From NCBI GenBank assembly GCA_937888805.1, contig CALBEY010000109.1, positions 8,749-72,748 on the forward strand: 64,000 bases of DNA, in the 5' to 3' direction. A program made the position numbers and the translations under genes. Within the stretch, counting starts at the first letter, position 1. The number at the start of each line of letters is the position of its first letter. This document shows positions 51,632 through 62,513 of the stretch, piece after piece. The notes beneath the pieces were generated by a model that did not search any database, was not told the origin of the DNA, and saw nothing but the letters and a program-made list of their open reading frames with translations. This DNA is from an uncultured Burkholderiaceae bacterium. Its GTDB lineage: Bacteria; Pseudomonadota; Gammaproteobacteria; Burkholderiales; Burkholderiaceae_B.

Positions 51632-52498
51632 TTACCGGACAGCCTCCTGCATCTGGCGACGTATTGCTTCAACCACTGGGGTTGTTGTTGGTAAAACGCC
51701 ATGCCAGATCCAAAAACTTTCTGCCGCCTGTTCAACGAGCATGCCCAGACCATCAGCCGATTGGGTGACCCCGTGCGCTTGCGCTTGTTGGAGAAAGGCG
51801 GTAGGGGTCGAGCCATACATCATGTCATAGGCTCGGGTGTGCTCGCGATACACGCCTTCAGGCAGCTCAGGTGCCTCACCCTGAAGGCTACTGGCCGTGG
51901 CGTTAATCACCAAATCCCAAGACATGTTGGGCAGGTCTGTGAAGCCGCTCGCTGATAGTCTTACTTGATCGTCTGGGCGTTGGGCGAGCCAGGCTTGGCG
52001 GAGATCTTGGGCGCGTGCCGCGGTGCGATTGGCGACGTGCAAATGTTCACATGCGGCATCAAGCAGGGGACCAATAACGCCTTTGGCGGCACCCCCGGCG
52101 CCTAGTAACAAGACGCATGGTGCCGTGCCAAGCAACGCTAGCCGTTGCAGGTCCCTCACCAAGCCCACACCATCAGTGTTGCAACCATGCAATTCGCTCG
52201 CTGAAGACCAAAGTGTGTTGACCGCGCCTGCGAGTAGCGCCCGTGTGCTTAAGTTGGCTTGGGCGAGCTGCCAAGCGCGCTCTTTGAATGGGACTGTCAC
52301 GTTAAGGCCCTGACCGCCGTTTGCAAAGAAATCGGCGACAGTCGTCTCAAATGATGCTGGTGCTGCATCCAGACGATCGTATTGCAAGGTGATGCCCGTT
52401 TGTTGGGCAAAAGCACTGTGAATGGCTGGTGACCGGCTGTGGTCAACAGGATGGCCAATCACAGCGAAAGAGGCCTTAATCGTGTTTGTATTGCTCAT
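51632..52498 (-). CDS. aroE: Shikimate dehydrogenase
   Basis: HSRSPAIH, NVTVPFK, NTDGVG, LGAGGAA, INATASS, DGLGMLVEQAAESF. Confidence 0.96.
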   Translation of the reverse strand: MSNTNTIKASFAVIGHPVDHSRSPAIHSAFAQQTGITLQYDRLDAAPASFETTVADFFANGGQGLNVTVPFKERAWQLAQANLSTRALLAGAVNTLWSSASELHGCNTDGVGLVRDLQRLALLGTAPCVLLLGAGGAAKGVIGPLLDAACEHLHVANRTAARAQDLRQAWLAQRPDDQVRLSASGFTDLPNMSWDLVINATASSLQGEAPELPEGVYREHTRAYDMMYGSTPTAFLQQAQAHGVTQSADGLGMLVEQAAESFWIWHGVLPTTTPVVEAIRRQMQEAVR

Positions 52499-53382
52499 GG
52501 CAACCCAGTGGTGATTGAGCCTGGGGTAAAGACCCAGGTTCGCGTGATGACCAACTGATCGGCTTTTTTCGCCAGCGCTGTTGGAAAAGGCGCAAAGGGT
52601 TTGGCCAGCTCGATGATTCGTCTGACCGCTTGGTTTAGGCGTGGGTCAGCAGCCGGCCGATCAATTTCGACGGCAATGACTTGGCCTTTGGCGTTAATGA
52701 TGACGGTGGCTTGCAGTTTGCCGACCGGGCGTTGACCGCCAGCGCTCGGGTAGTGCTGGCTACCGGTCTGCTCAACGCGGGTACGCCAGGCATCCACATA
52801 AGCGGCAAAGGGGTTGGCGATAGCCGATGGCGCATCAAAATATTTGCGCGGGCGACTGTTGAGTTGCTCGACTTGGTCTCGAATGGCAGCCAGACGAGCA
52901 TTGCGCTCGAGAGCTCTTTGATCAACTTGATCTGGGCCAATCGTGGGCTCTTGGTCATTGATTTCTGATGCAAGTTGATCGGGTAGGACAGCCCAAGCGC
53001 TTTCGAGCTGTTTAAGAAGCTGCGCTTGCTGAGCTTCGCGCTGTTGACGTTGTTGACTGAGTTCAACCAAGGATAGGTCTTCGGCAGCTTCACCCACACG
53101 CGGGCTTGGGTTACTGGCCATGCGTTGTGATTGATCACCACCGCCTTCGAGGTTTTCTTGGGCAATCAGTTGTGGGGCCAGTGGTGCTTGCTCAGAAAAT
53201 GCATTGACCAATACCACCTCAAGGTTGGGTAGGCTTGGCTTGGGCTGGACCTCTACGCTTGGGCGCCAGATCATAAAAGCGGCATGCACGCAAAGCGACA
53301 ACGCAATGCCCCAGCGCAAATAGTGTTGCCGAGGGGCGGCAAACCATTGCAAGCAGGCGATCGCTGGGAAGGTGTGTGTCAT
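52495..53382 (-). CDS. TonB-family protein (TonB C-terminal domain)
   Basis: N-terminal TM with SLCVH; LEVVLVN; C-terminal YVDAWR.RVE..G...YP, LNQAVRRII...PFAPFP; start 53382 or 53406. Confidence 0.8.
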   Translation of the reverse strand: MTHTFPAIACLQWFAAPRQHYLRWGIALSLCVHAAFMIWRPSVEVQPKPSLPNLEVVLVNAFSEQAPLAPQLIAQENLEGGGDQSQRMASNPSPRVGEAAEDLSLVELSQQRQQREAQQAQLLKQLESAWAVLPDQLASEINDQEPTIGPDQVDQRALERNARLAAIRDQVEQLNSRPRKYFDAPSAIANPFAAYVDAWRTRVEQTGSQHYPSAGGQRPVGKLQATVIINAKGQVIAVEIDRPAADPRLNQAVRRIIELAKPFAPFPTALAKKADQLVITRTWVFTPGSITTGLP

Positions 53383-53438
53383 GGCACCGGTAAGGGGGTG
53401 AAGCAAAAGGCTACATTAACTGGATATGCCGTCAAATT

Positions 53439-55322
53439 CTAGTCGCTTGCGCTCTCAAAATGCGCCACAACCGTTAGCCCCAGTTCATCAAAGTCACTAA
53501 GCGTTAGTGTGACTGTGGCGCCTCTTTGCAGCTCTGGCAGCCCCGCCACATTGAGAACCAAGGGAATATCGGTCAATCGTATGAGATCGTCCCGAATGAG
53601 CGTGCCTTGGCACTGGGTGATTTGGTTTTGTTGCAGCCAACGCAAACACCAGAAGCGCTCCATTTGTCGCTGAAAATCAGACCAAATGGCGTATTGCCCT
53701 TCAAAGGCGGAAACCACAGCAAACAAATCATCGTCTTTGGGTTGATACGGGGCGACCAATGCCGCCGATACCCCATGTTGGGCAATAGCGATCAGCTGGC
53801 GTTGATTGACCAAATCAACGTAACGGCGCAATGGCGAGGTGCACCACGCGTAGTAATCCACACCGATGGCTTCGTGTGGTCCAGGGTAGGTGCTCATACG
53901 CACGCGACCGGCTTGCTGTGACCTAAAAATACCGGTTATTTGGTGACTGGCCAATTGTTCGGCCCACAGCCGATTGGCCAAAATCATGTATTCGGCCACA
54001 ATGCGGTCCAAAGGTGCGTCGCGCATTCGAGGTTCAATGCGAATCGGGGTAAGCGGGTCGTCGGCTGGGCCATCAAGATAAAAGTTGTAATCCACCCGCT
54101 GGTTGAATTCCGGTTTGCCGCGGCGTTCATCGCGTTTGGCTGACAGGGCTTTGGATAAGCGCCACAGCGGACGAACCCAGGTGTCATACGGCAGCTCTTG
54201 GGTGGGATCGTCAAGTGCCTCAATGGACATGTGCGCGTCGAGTTCGTTGTGGCGTAGGTTATTTGTGACCGACAGGCGTTCGATGCGGGTTTCAAAATGT
54301 CGGATTTCACCGGTGTCGGGATGGGCTTGAACGTAAAGTGACAGAGCAGGCACGGCATTGCCGGCTGTTAGCGAGTAGTGATCAATCACCGCATCAGGTT
54401 GCATGGGGATTTTCTCGCCAGGCATGTAAACCGTTGATAGGCGTGCCCGCGCCCATTGATCAAGCGTACTGTCGCGGGTCACGCCCAGAGCGGGTGCGGC
54501 CACATGAATACCAACACAAAGCCAGCCGTCTTCCAATGTTGTCACCGATAGGGCGTCGTCGATTTCCGTGGTGCTGATGTCATCAACGGAATAGGCTGTG
54601 ACGTCTGCCAAGGGCAAGTCGTCATGCGCGACCAAAGGGTCAATGTCATTAAAACCGGTGCCTTTTGGAAAGTGAGACCCAAGGAACCTGGCCCTATGCA
54701 GCGCCAGCTCATGGGGCCAGGCACCACAGCGAAGCAGCAACTGCTCAGGTGTTTCTCGCGACTGCTCACAGGCTAGGGTGAGGGCTTTGAAGGCGGCGCT
54801 ATTTTTATCAGGTCGGGTGATGAGGGCAGTGGCGAGCGCCACAATCTCTTCAGGCAGTTGTCCGTCGACCATGGTTTGTGCCCAACCGGCCTGAAGATCG
54901 AGCGCTTTTTGTTTTTTCGCTTGAGCAGCGAGGGCGGCCTCTAAGATCTCTGGTGGCGCGGGCCGGTACTTGCCTTTGCCACGACGATGAAAGTAAATCG
55001 GCGACTCGTGTAAGCGCCAAAGTAGTGTGGCTTTTTCCAAAGCACTGGGTTCATGGCCAAAGTACTCGCAGGCCAGCGTTTGAACGTCAAACTCTTCTTG
55101 TGGGGCAACCTCCCACAAAAACGCCGGTTCGATGTCCTGTGCCAAGGCTGGGGCTTGCGTAAGGAGTGTCTCGGGATCAGGGCTGCTAAAGGTAAAGACG
55201 CAGTCGCTGCGTTTTATTTTGCTGCGTTTGCCAGAGCTTGACTCAATTTGTAAGCTGGTGTCGCTTTCGGTTTTTATGAGGGCTGCTTTAAAGCTGCCGC
55301 TTTCTTCAAACAAAACAAACAT
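53439..55322 (-). CDS. RNB-domain exoribonuclease (RNase II family)
   Basis: SVDDISTTEIDDALS, STVYMPG, VAEYMILAN, TSPLRRYVDL. Confidence 0.93.
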   Translation of the reverse strand: MFVLFEESGSFKAALIKTESDTSLQIESSSGKRSKIKRSDCVFTFSSPDPETLLTQAPALAQDIEPAFLWEVAPQEEFDVQTLACEYFGHEPSALEKATLLWRLHESPIYFHRRGKGKYRPAPPEILEAALAAQAKKQKALDLQAGWAQTMVDGQLPEEIVALATALITRPDKNSAAFKALTLACEQSRETPEQLLLRCGAWPHELALHRARFLGSHFPKGTGFNDIDPLVAHDDLPLADVTAYSVDDISTTEIDDALSVTTLEDGWLCVGIHVAAPALGVTRDSTLDQWARARLSTVYMPGEKIPMQPDAVIDHYSLTAGNAVPALSLYVQAHPDTGEIRHFETRIERLSVTNNLRHNELDAHMSIEALDDPTQELPYDTWVRPLWRLSKALSAKRDERRGKPEFNQRVDYNFYLDGPADDPLTPIRIEPRMRDAPLDRIVAEYMILANRLWAEQLASHQITGIFRSQQAGRVRMSTYPGPHEAIGVDYYAWCTSPLRRYVDLVNQRQLIAIAQHGVSAALVAPYQPKDDDLFAVVSAFEGQYAIWSDFQRQMERFWCLRWLQQNQITQCQGTLIRDDLIRLTDIPLVLNVAGLPELQRGATVTLTLSDFDELGLTVVAHFESASD

Positions 55323-55946
55323 TCATTTAACCTGTGGTGTTGAAAGCTCAGCGGTTGCAAACGACAAGACCGCTGGGATGTGAGTCGCAAAGTCTGACAG
55401 CCCGTGGTCGCTGCCTTGAACAATGATTTGAGCACTGCCCGCAAAGAAATCGCGCATTTCCCGCCAATCAAGGATTTCGTCCCCAGTTGCCGCAATCAGA
55501 AGGTAACGATGGGGCATGGTAATTTGACTTGGGGCCATGCGTTGTAATTCATCGACGTAGGTTGGTAAAAAATCAAATGGCTCGTTACTGTGGTATTGCT
55601 GGTGAGTGCCGACTTGGGTGGCCAAATCTCGCGGCGCATGAACCGCCGGGTTTAGCAACACGGCTTTGCAGCCCAAGCGTTCGGCCAACGCCGTCGCGTA
55701 AAAGCCGCCTAGCGAAGAGCCGATGATGGTGAGCGCCGCAATGGGGCGTTGCGCTTTTGCGGCCAGTTGTTGCGCTTGTTTAAGCGCCAATTCAAGCGCC
55801 AGTGCGGGGCTAGCCGGCAATGCTGGGCAGGCCCAATGCTGGCTTAGGTCTGGGTTTGAGGCCGCATTTGAAACCGCTTGCGCCATCAATTGCGCTTTAA
55901 ACGACGTGGGAGCTGATCGAAAGCCATGCAAATAAAGAATCATCAC
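55323..55946 (-). CDS. YqiA/YcfP family alpha/beta hydrolase (esterase)
   Basis: YLHGF.S, GSSLGG, LLNPAV, GDEILD, GSDHG. Confidence 0.9.
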   Translation of the reverse strand: MMILYLHGFRSAPTSFKAQLMAQAVSNAASNPDLSQHWACPALPASPALALELALKQAQQLAAKAQRPIAALTIIGSSLGGFYATALAERLGCKAVLLNPAVHAPRDLATQVGTHQQYHSNEPFDFLPTYVDELQRMAPSQITMPHRYLLIAATGDEILDWREMRDFFAGSAQIIVQGSDHGLSDFATHIPAVLSFATAELSTPQVK

Positions 55947-57322
55947 GGGCCTAGCCTAATTGCGGCCAAAAGCTTGTCGTGGACACCACCAAAACCCCCG
56001 TTACTCATGATGACGATTTGGTCGCCTGATTTTGCGGCTTGTGCAATCGCCACGACCAAGGTGTCGATGGCATCAACGATTTGCACAGGTTTGCCGCTGT
56101 CGCTTAATGGGGCAAAAACGTCGCGGGCATTCCAACCGAGGGCGTGTTTGCCTTGGTCGGGCGCATAACAAAACACCAGATCTGCGCAGTCTAGTGAGGC
56201 CGGTAGTCGTGAGGCCATGGCGCCAAGTTTCATGGTGTTTGAGCGGGGTTCAAGCACGGCGATGATGCGAGCGCTGGGGTTGCTGTTACGTAACCCTTGC
56301 AGCGTTGTTTCAATGGCTGTCGGGTGGTGGGCAAAGTCATCAAAAACGGTAATGTTGTTGACCGTGCCGCGCACTTCCATGCGTCGTTTAACACCTTCAA
56401 ATTGATTCAAAGCGTCTAGCGCGTCGCTCGGCGCGACGCCCACATGATGCGCGGCAGCTAATGCAGCCAGTGCGTTTTGGGTGTTGTGAGCGCCAGTGAG
56501 CGACCATTGCAGGGCGCCCACGGCTTGTGTCCCGCGGAAGATCATGGGTTTTTGAGTGCTGTCGGTTTCTTGTTGATGCCAGCCGTCGGCATGACCTGTG
56601 CGCTCCACTGGGGTCCAACACCCACGTTCGATGACTCGTTCAAGCGCGGGTTCACCGACTGGCATGACAATTTGACCGAGCGCGGGCACAGTTCGAACCA
56701 GATGGTGGAATTGTGTTTCGATGGCGCCAAGGTCAGGGAAGATGTCGGCGTGGTCGTACTCTAAGTTATTAAGGATGGCCGTTCGTGCGCGGTAATGCAC
56801 AAATTTGGATCGCTTATCAAAAAAAGCGGTGTCGTACTCGTCGGCTTCGATCACAAAAAGTTTGTTGTTTGGCTCATATCGAGCGGACACACCAAGCCCG
56901 GGGGCAATCCCACCAATCAAAAAATTGGGCTGTTGGTCTGTTTGTTGCAGAATCCAAGCCAGCATGGCGCTCGTGGTGGTTTTGCCGTGGGTGCCGGCCA
57001 CGGCCAGGACGTGTTGGTCTTTAAGGATTGTTTGACCCAGCCACTGAGGCCCTGAAATGAACGCAGCGTTTTGATTGAGGATGGCTTCCATCAAGGGGTT
57101 GCCGCGACTCACGACGTTGCCGATCACATACAAATCGGGTTTGAGCGCCAGTTGTTCAGCGCCAAACCCTTCGATGAGGTCAATGCCCTGTTCTTCAAGC
57201 TGCGTGCTCATGGGCGGATACACGCCTTGGTCGCAACCCGTCACTCGGTGACCCGCCGCTCTCGCAATCAGGGCGAGGCCGCCCATAAAGGTGCCGCAGA
57301 TGCCAAGGATGTGCAGGTGCAT
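55943..57322 (-). CDS. mpl: Murein peptide ligase
   Basis: HILGICGTFMGGLA, GTHGKTTT, EADEYD, DDFAHHPTAI, MSNGGFGG; ATG 57322. Confidence 0.96.
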   Translation of the reverse strand: MHLHILGICGTFMGGLALIARAAGHRVTGCDQGVYPPMSTQLEEQGIDLIEGFGAEQLALKPDLYVIGNVVSRGNPLMEAILNQNAAFISGPQWLGQTILKDQHVLAVAGTHGKTTTSAMLAWILQQTDQQPNFLIGGIAPGLGVSARYEPNNKLFVIEADEYDTAFFDKRSKFVHYRARTAILNNLEYDHADIFPDLGAIETQFHHLVRTVPALGQIVMPVGEPALERVIERGCWTPVERTGHADGWHQQETDSTQKPMIFRGTQAVGALQWSLTGAHNTQNALAALAAAHHVGVAPSDALDALNQFEGVKRRMEVRGTVNNITVFDDFAHHPTAIETTLQGLRNSNPSARIIAVLEPRSNTMKLGAMASRLPASLDCADLVFCYAPDQGKHALGWNARDVFAPLSDSGKPVQIVDAIDTLVVAIAQAAKSGDQIVIMSNGGFGGVHDKLLAAIRLGP

Positions 57323-57441
57323 AAAATTCAATTCCTTTTTGCGCAAAATGGGCGCATTTAAACAATCAATGACCAACCGCTTGGTCAACATTGTAGATGG
57401 TTAGTTCGTCATATTTGGCTTTGCGGCGCTATGATTAGGTC

Positions 57442-58008
57442 ATGAAGAGAAGAACCGCAATTATTGGTGCCTTGGGCTTAGCGGCCATGGGTAGCGTTGG
57501 CTACTTTGGCTGGCAACAGAGCTCACGACGGGCGCCCCAAGCCAACCGGGCCATTCGCTCAGAGACTGCAACGACGCCAGGTATTGAGTCATTTTTTGCG
57601 ACTGCTTTACCAAATATGGCGGGTGAAGAACAGCGTATGGCGCAGTGGCGAGGGCGTGCGCTGGTGATTAATTTTTGGGCCACATGGTGCCCGCCTTGCG
57701 TCAAAGAAATGCCCGATTTGAATCGCTTGGCGCAGCAACACCCGGGCGCACAGTTTTTGGGGATTGCTATTGATACGGCCTCAAACGTGACCGAATTCGT
57801 CAAAAAAGTACCTGTGTCCTACCCGATTTTTGTGGCGGGGTATGGCGGGCTTGGTCTGGTCCGGGCATTGGGTAATGTGGCCGGTGGGTTGCCGTTCACG
57901 GTCTTGGTCCGTGCTCAGGGCGACCTAGGACCGGTGATTCTTGGACCCGTTGACCCTGACTCGCTAGGCGCACAAGTAGCGCAACTGGTAAGCGGTTCGA
58001 CTATTTAA
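57442..58008 (+). CDS. TlpA-family thiol-disulfide oxidoreductase
   Basis: N-terminal TM; NFWATWCPPCVKEMP; LPFT. Confidence 0.92.
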   Translation: MKRRTAIIGALGLAAMGSVGYFGWQQSSRRAPQANRAIRSETATTPGIESFFATALPNMAGEEQRMAQWRGRALVINFWATWCPPCVKEMPDLNRLAQQHPGAQFLGIAIDTASNVTEFVKKVPVSYPIFVAGYGGLGLVRALGNVAGGLPFTVLVRAQGDLGPVILGPVDPDSLGAQVAQLVSGSTI

Positions 58009-58115
58009 CTGCAAAAATAACAACAAATAGATGATAGATAGGCACATTAGGCGCTCTAGCAGGGGTTTCGATGCGCTATGATGAACCAAATCGTCTGGAC
58101 GAGTGAACGATCACC

Positions 58116-58568
58116 ATGGCACATCACATTTTGGTTTTACACGGCCCAAACCTCAACCTATTGGGGCGCAGAGAGCCAGCCATCTATGGCACACAGACGT
58201 TGGCACAGCTTGATGCCGAGTTGTCGGCGGCAGCGCAGTCACAGGGTGCCGAATTGTCGTCATTTCAAAGCAATTCGGAAGGCGCCTTGGTTGATCGAAT
58301 TCAGCAGGCGCTCAGTGATGGCACCACTTTCATTTTGATTAATGCTGGTGCTTATACCCATACCAGCGTTGCCATTCGGGATGCCTTGGCTGGTGTCGCT
58401 TTGCCGTTTGTGGAGGTCCATCTTTCAAATGTCTATCGCCGAGAAGCCTTTCGCCATCATTCGTATTTGTCGTCAGTCGCTGTGGGTGTGGTCGCTGGTT
58501 TGGGTGCTGAGGGTTATCATGCCGCCTTGCTGTTTGCGCTCAAGCAACCACTATTGCCAAAACTTTAA
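58116..58568 (+). CDS. aroQ: Type II 3-dehydroquinate dehydratase
   Basis: [38 protein letters not shown]. Confidence 0.97.
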   Translation: MAHHILVLHGPNLNLLGRREPAIYGTQTLAQLDAELSAAAQSQGAELSSFQSNSEGALVDRIQQALSDGTTFILINAGAYTHTSVAIRDALAGVALPFVEVHLSNVYRREAFRHHSYLSSVAVGVVAGLGAEGYHAALLFALKQPLLPKL

Positions 58569-58633
58569 ACGGCAACCATCAGCACAAATGATTTTATTTG
58601 CTCTAGTTAACTGACCCTCTGGGAAGATTCATC

Positions 58634-59092
58634 ATGGATTTACGTAAGCTCAAAACACTGATTGATTTGGTCGCAGAGTCTGACATCGCCGAACTCGAAA
58701 TTACCGAGGGCGAGGACAAAGTCAAAATCGTCAAATCAAGTGCACCCGTTGCCTACGCAGCGCCGCCTGCGCCTGTGTATGCCGCTCCCGCACCCGTCGC
58801 CACTGAGACAGCGGCCGCGTCAGCTTCGGCAGCGCCGGCAGCGCCAATTGCGCTAGAGGCCGATACGGTTAAATCGCCCATGGTTGGTACGTTTTACCGC
58901 TCGCCAAGTCCCGGTTCGGCGGTTTTTGTTGAAGTCGGTCAAACGGTGGAACAAGGCCAACCGCTCTGTATCATCGAGGCCATGAAGCTCTTAAACGAGA
59001 TTGAAGCCGATAAGGCTGGTGTCGTGAAAGAGATCCTAGTCAACAACGGCGAGCCGGTCGAGTACGGACAGCCCTTGTTTGTGATTGTGTAA
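58634..59092 (+). CDS. accB: Biotin carboxyl carrier protein
   Basis: [31 protein letters not shown]. Confidence 0.97.
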   Translation: MDLRKLKTLIDLVAESDIAELEITEGEDKVKIVKSSAPVAYAAPPAPVYAAPAPVATETAAASASAAPAAPIALEADTVKSPMVGTFYRSPSPGSAVFVEVGQTVEQGQPLCIIEAMKLLNEIEADKAGVVKEILVNNGEPVEYGQPLFVIV

Positions 59093-59094
59093 CC

Positions 59095-60441
59095 ATGTTT
59101 GAAAAAATTCTGATCGCCAATCGAGGCGAAATCGCGTTGCGCATCCAGCGCGCTTGCCGTGAGTTGGGCGTCAAAACGGTGGTGGTTCATTCCGAAGCCG
59201 ATCGTGATGCAAAATACGTTCGTCTGGCTGATGAATCGGTTTGTATTGGTCCAGCGCCTTCAAAAGACAGTTACTTGAACATGCCGGCGATTATTTCCGC
59301 TGCTGAAGTAACTGACGCTCAAGCCATTCATCCCGGTTACGGGTTTTTGTCTGAGAATGCCGATTTCGCTGAGCGGGTCGAAAAAAGTGGCTTTGTGTTT
59401 ATTGGGCCACGCTCGGAATCCATTCGTTTAATGGGTGACAAAGTCAGCGCCAAGCAAGCCATGATCGCCTCGGGTGTGCCGGTGGTGCCCGGTTCCGAGG
59501 GTGCGTTGCCTGATGATCCACAAGTGATCATTCAAACCGCGCGTGAGGTGGGTTACCCCGTCATCATTAAGGCCGCAGGCGGTGGCGGCGGACGCGGCAT
59601 GCGTGTGGTTCACACCGAGGCTGCGTTACTGAGCGCGGTCACCATGACCAAAACAGAAGCCGGTGCGGCATTTAACAACCCTGAAGTCTACATGGAGAAG
59701 TTTCTTGAAAACCCTCGCCATGTGGAGATTCAGGTTTTGGCTGACGGTGGCAAGCAAGCGGTTTGGCTCGGGGAGCGTGACTGCTCCATGCAACGTCGCC
59801 ATCAAAAGGTGATTGAAGAGGCTCCCGCGCCTGGTATACCCCGTAAGCTGATCGAGAAAATCGGTGAGCGATGCGCCGAGGCCTGCCGCAAAATTGGTTA
59901 TCGTGGTGCCGGCACGTTTGAGTTTCTTTTTGAAAACGGTGAGTTTTACTTCATCGAAATGAATACCCGCATTCAGGTTGAACACCCGGTTACTGAGTTG
60001 ATCACTGGTATTGATTTGGTACAGCAGCAGATTCGCATTGCCGCTGGTGAGGCCTTCACATTAAAGCAACGCGAGATCGAATTTCGTGGTCATGCGATTG
60101 AATGCCGGATCAATGCTGAAGATGCGTTTAAATTTGTGCCCAGCCCGGGTCGAATTACCAATTGGCATATGCCCGGTGGTCCCGGTGTGAGGATTGATTC
60201 GCACGCTTTTAACGGCTACTTTGTACCGCCTTATTACGACTCCATGATTGCCAAAGTCATTACCTATGGCGACACACGCGAGCAAGCCCTTGCCCGCATG
60301 AGAACCGCTTTATCAGAAATTGTCATTGAGGGCATCAGCACCAACGTTGCTTTGCATCGCGAGTTGATGGTTGATGCTCGATTCGTGGAAGGGGGTACCA
60401 GCATTCACTATCTTGAGCACAAATTGGCAGAGCGCGCCTGA
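59095..60441 (+). CDS. accC: Biotin carboxylase
   Basis: [46 protein letters not shown]. Confidence 0.97.
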   Translation: MFEKILIANRGEIALRIQRACRELGVKTVVVHSEADRDAKYVRLADESVCIGPAPSKDSYLNMPAIISAAEVTDAQAIHPGYGFLSENADFAERVEKSGFVFIGPRSESIRLMGDKVSAKQAMIASGVPVVPGSEGALPDDPQVIIQTAREVGYPVIIKAAGGGGGRGMRVVHTEAALLSAVTMTKTEAGAAFNNPEVYMEKFLENPRHVEIQVLADGGKQAVWLGERDCSMQRRHQKVIEEAPAPGIPRKLIEKIGERCAEACRKIGYRGAGTFEFLFENGEFYFIEMNTRIQVEHPVTELITGIDLVQQQIRIAAGEAFTLKQREIEFRGHAIECRINAEDAFKFVPSPGRITNWHMPGGPGVRIDSHAFNGYFVPPYYDSMIAKVITYGDTREQALARMRTALSEIVIEGISTNVALHRELMVDARFVEGGTSIHYLEHKLAERA

Positions 60442-60498
60442 TTGTGATTGATGGGGTTGTTCGGGTCATTGAGGCCCTCGGGGTTGGAGGCAAGCGTC

Positions 60499-61407
60499 AT
60501 GCGTGAACTGGTTCTGTATTGCCCTGGTGAACAGGCTGATTCGGTCACCGACGCCTTGCTTCAAGCCGGTGCGTTGTGCGCCTCGGTTGAGGATGCTGAC
60601 CTTGATACCCCTGGAGAGCAGCCGATATTTGGTGAGCCTGGTAGCGAGGCTTCGCCGCAAGGCTGGCAGACCAACCGCGTGTTGGCTTTGCTGGCTGAGG
60701 GTGTTGATCCCCAGCAGGTGATGCTTCAAGCACAGCAACAAGTGTCTTTTGATTTGGACACCACGTGGCAAGTTAGAGAAGTGCCCGACGAAGACTGGGT
60801 GCGTTTGACGCAATCGCAGTTCGGTCCCATACCCGTGGGTGATCGACTGCTCATTGTGCCAAGCTGGCATCAAGAAGATTTACCGGTCACTGACCGTATC
60901 ACCCTAGCACTGGATCCTGGCTTGGCGTTTGGCACGGGTAGTCATCCCACCACCCATGTTTGTTTGCGCTGGCTCTCCAGTGAGTTGCCGGTGAACGCGA
61001 CGGTGTTGGATTACGGCTGTGGTTCAGGTATCTTAGCGATCGCCGCTCGTCTTCTGGGCGCTGGTGAAACTTGGGCTATCGACATTGATGAACAGGCTGT
61101 TGAGTCCACCCAATACAATGCGACGGTCAACCAAGTGACATTGAATGCGGGCTTAACGCATGCATTGCCCGACGGGCAGTTTGACGTCGTGGTGGCTAAT
61201 ATTTTGTCGAATCCCTTGAAGGTGTTGGCGCCAATGCTCAGCCAGCGTGTCAAGCCAGGTGGTTTTTTGGTCATTTCTGGCGTCCTAGAGCGTCAAGCCG
61301 AAGAAGTCGCGGCTTTCTATCAACCATGGGTTGCACTTTGCATCTATCAGTCGCTTGACGGTTGGGTGTGTTTGGCAGGCCAACGGCCCAGCGAGCAATC
61401 ACGGTGA
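60499..61407 (+). CDS. prmA: Ribosomal protein L11 methyltransferase
   Basis: LDPGLAFGTGSHPTT, LDYGCGSGILAIAA, VVANIL; ATG 60499. Confidence 0.96.
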   Translation: MRELVLYCPGEQADSVTDALLQAGALCASVEDADLDTPGEQPIFGEPGSEASPQGWQTNRVLALLAEGVDPQQVMLQAQQQVSFDLDTTWQVREVPDEDWVRLTQSQFGPIPVGDRLLIVPSWHQEDLPVTDRITLALDPGLAFGTGSHPTTHVCLRWLSSELPVNATVLDYGCGSGILAIAARLLGAGETWAIDIDEQAVESTQYNATVNQVTLNAGLTHALPDGQFDVVVANILSNPLKVLAPMLSQRVKPGGFLVISGVLERQAEEVAAFYQPWVALCIYQSLDGWVCLAGQRPSEQSR

Positions 61408-62489
61408 GTTTGGTGACACGCTGCCCAAAGTGCGATAGCGGTTTTGCCGTGACCGCTGATCTGTTGCGACTGCACGATGGTTTGGTGCGGTGTGGGCAAT
61501 GCTCACATGTGTTTGATGGCTTTGAATGCTTGCAAGACAGTTTGCCGACGTTGACTCAAAAAGTTGGTGAGCAAGCAACGGTTACCGCAGAGCCTGAATC
61601 AAAATCCGAACCAGAGCCCACACGGGATACGGTACCGATCGCTGCCGCCGCCCCTGCAACACCGCAAGTTTTTCGAATGGTGGCGCAACGCCGTGCACCC
61701 ACCCTGCCAGACTGGGGATCTAAGTCAGCCCCCTCAGCGCAGTCCACAGCGCCCACTGAGTCCACAGAACCATCACTAGCGACTTACCCTTCAGCACCAG
61801 TGTCCGGTCGATCTGAACCTGTTTTTAAATCACTCACTGAAGCGTCAGTCATGTCGGGCACACCTGACTTACCGGCACCAAGTCAGGCCGAGCCTGCTGT
61901 CAAGATCGTGGGCGAGGCGCGCCTTCGTGGTGATGATCCGTCGGCATTTGGTCGATCGGTACCTGATTTCATGGAAGACGAGGAACCAGAGTCGCCCTCA
62001 AGGGCCCTGGTTTGGTTGTCGGGCGCAGTGGTGCTGTCCTTGGTTTTATTGGGGCAATTGCTATACGTTTACCGCGATGATGTTGCCAGTAGCGTACCGA
62101 CTTTGCGACCACTTCTTGAACGAGCCTGCCAACCGTTGGGTTGTGAGGTGGGTTACGTGCGTCGAATTGAACGGATTTTTGTGGTGGGATCTTCTTTGCA
62201 ATTGGCCACCAATCAATCTGTGGCCGAGGCGCGTGTGCATGATTACGTTTTGCGTCTGACCTTGCAAAATCGGTTTGACCGGGCGCAGCCTTGGCCGAGT
62301 TTGATGGTTGTGTTTTCAGACGCTTCGGGCACAGTGGTGATTCGACGCGCGCTTGCACCATCAGCGTATTTGCCGGCGGACTTGTTGGCGCGACCATTTG
62401 GCGCGCAGCAAGAAGCCAGTCTTGAAATACCAATGCAGGTCAAGGGTTCCCCCATTAGTGGTTTTGAAGTTGAAAAGTTTTTTCCATAG
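61404..62489 (+). CDS. Zinc-ribbon (MJ0042-type) plus DUF3426 domain protein
   Basis: TRCPKC...GLVRCGQC..VFD, Pro-rich linker, TM segment, CQPLGC, C-terminal FFP; GTG 61404. Confidence 0.85.
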   Translation: MSLVTRCPKCDSGFAVTADLLRLHDGLVRCGQCSHVFDGFECLQDSLPTLTQKVGEQATVTAEPESKSEPEPTRDTVPIAAAAPATPQVFRMVAQRRAPTLPDWGSKSAPSAQSTAPTESTEPSLATYPSAPVSGRSEPVFKSLTEASVMSGTPDLPAPSQAEPAVKIVGEARLRGDDPSAFGRSVPDFMEDEEPESPSRALVWLSGAVVLSLVLLGQLLYVYRDDVASSVPTLRPLLERACQPLGCEVGYVRRIERIFVVGSSLQLATNQSVAEARVHDYVLRLTLQNRFDRAQPWPSLMVVFSDASGTVVIRRALAPSAYLPADLLARPFGAQQEASLEIPMQVKGSPISGFEVEKFFP

Positions 62490-62513
62490 GAGCCCGTTTG
62501 CCGGGTAAAAAAT

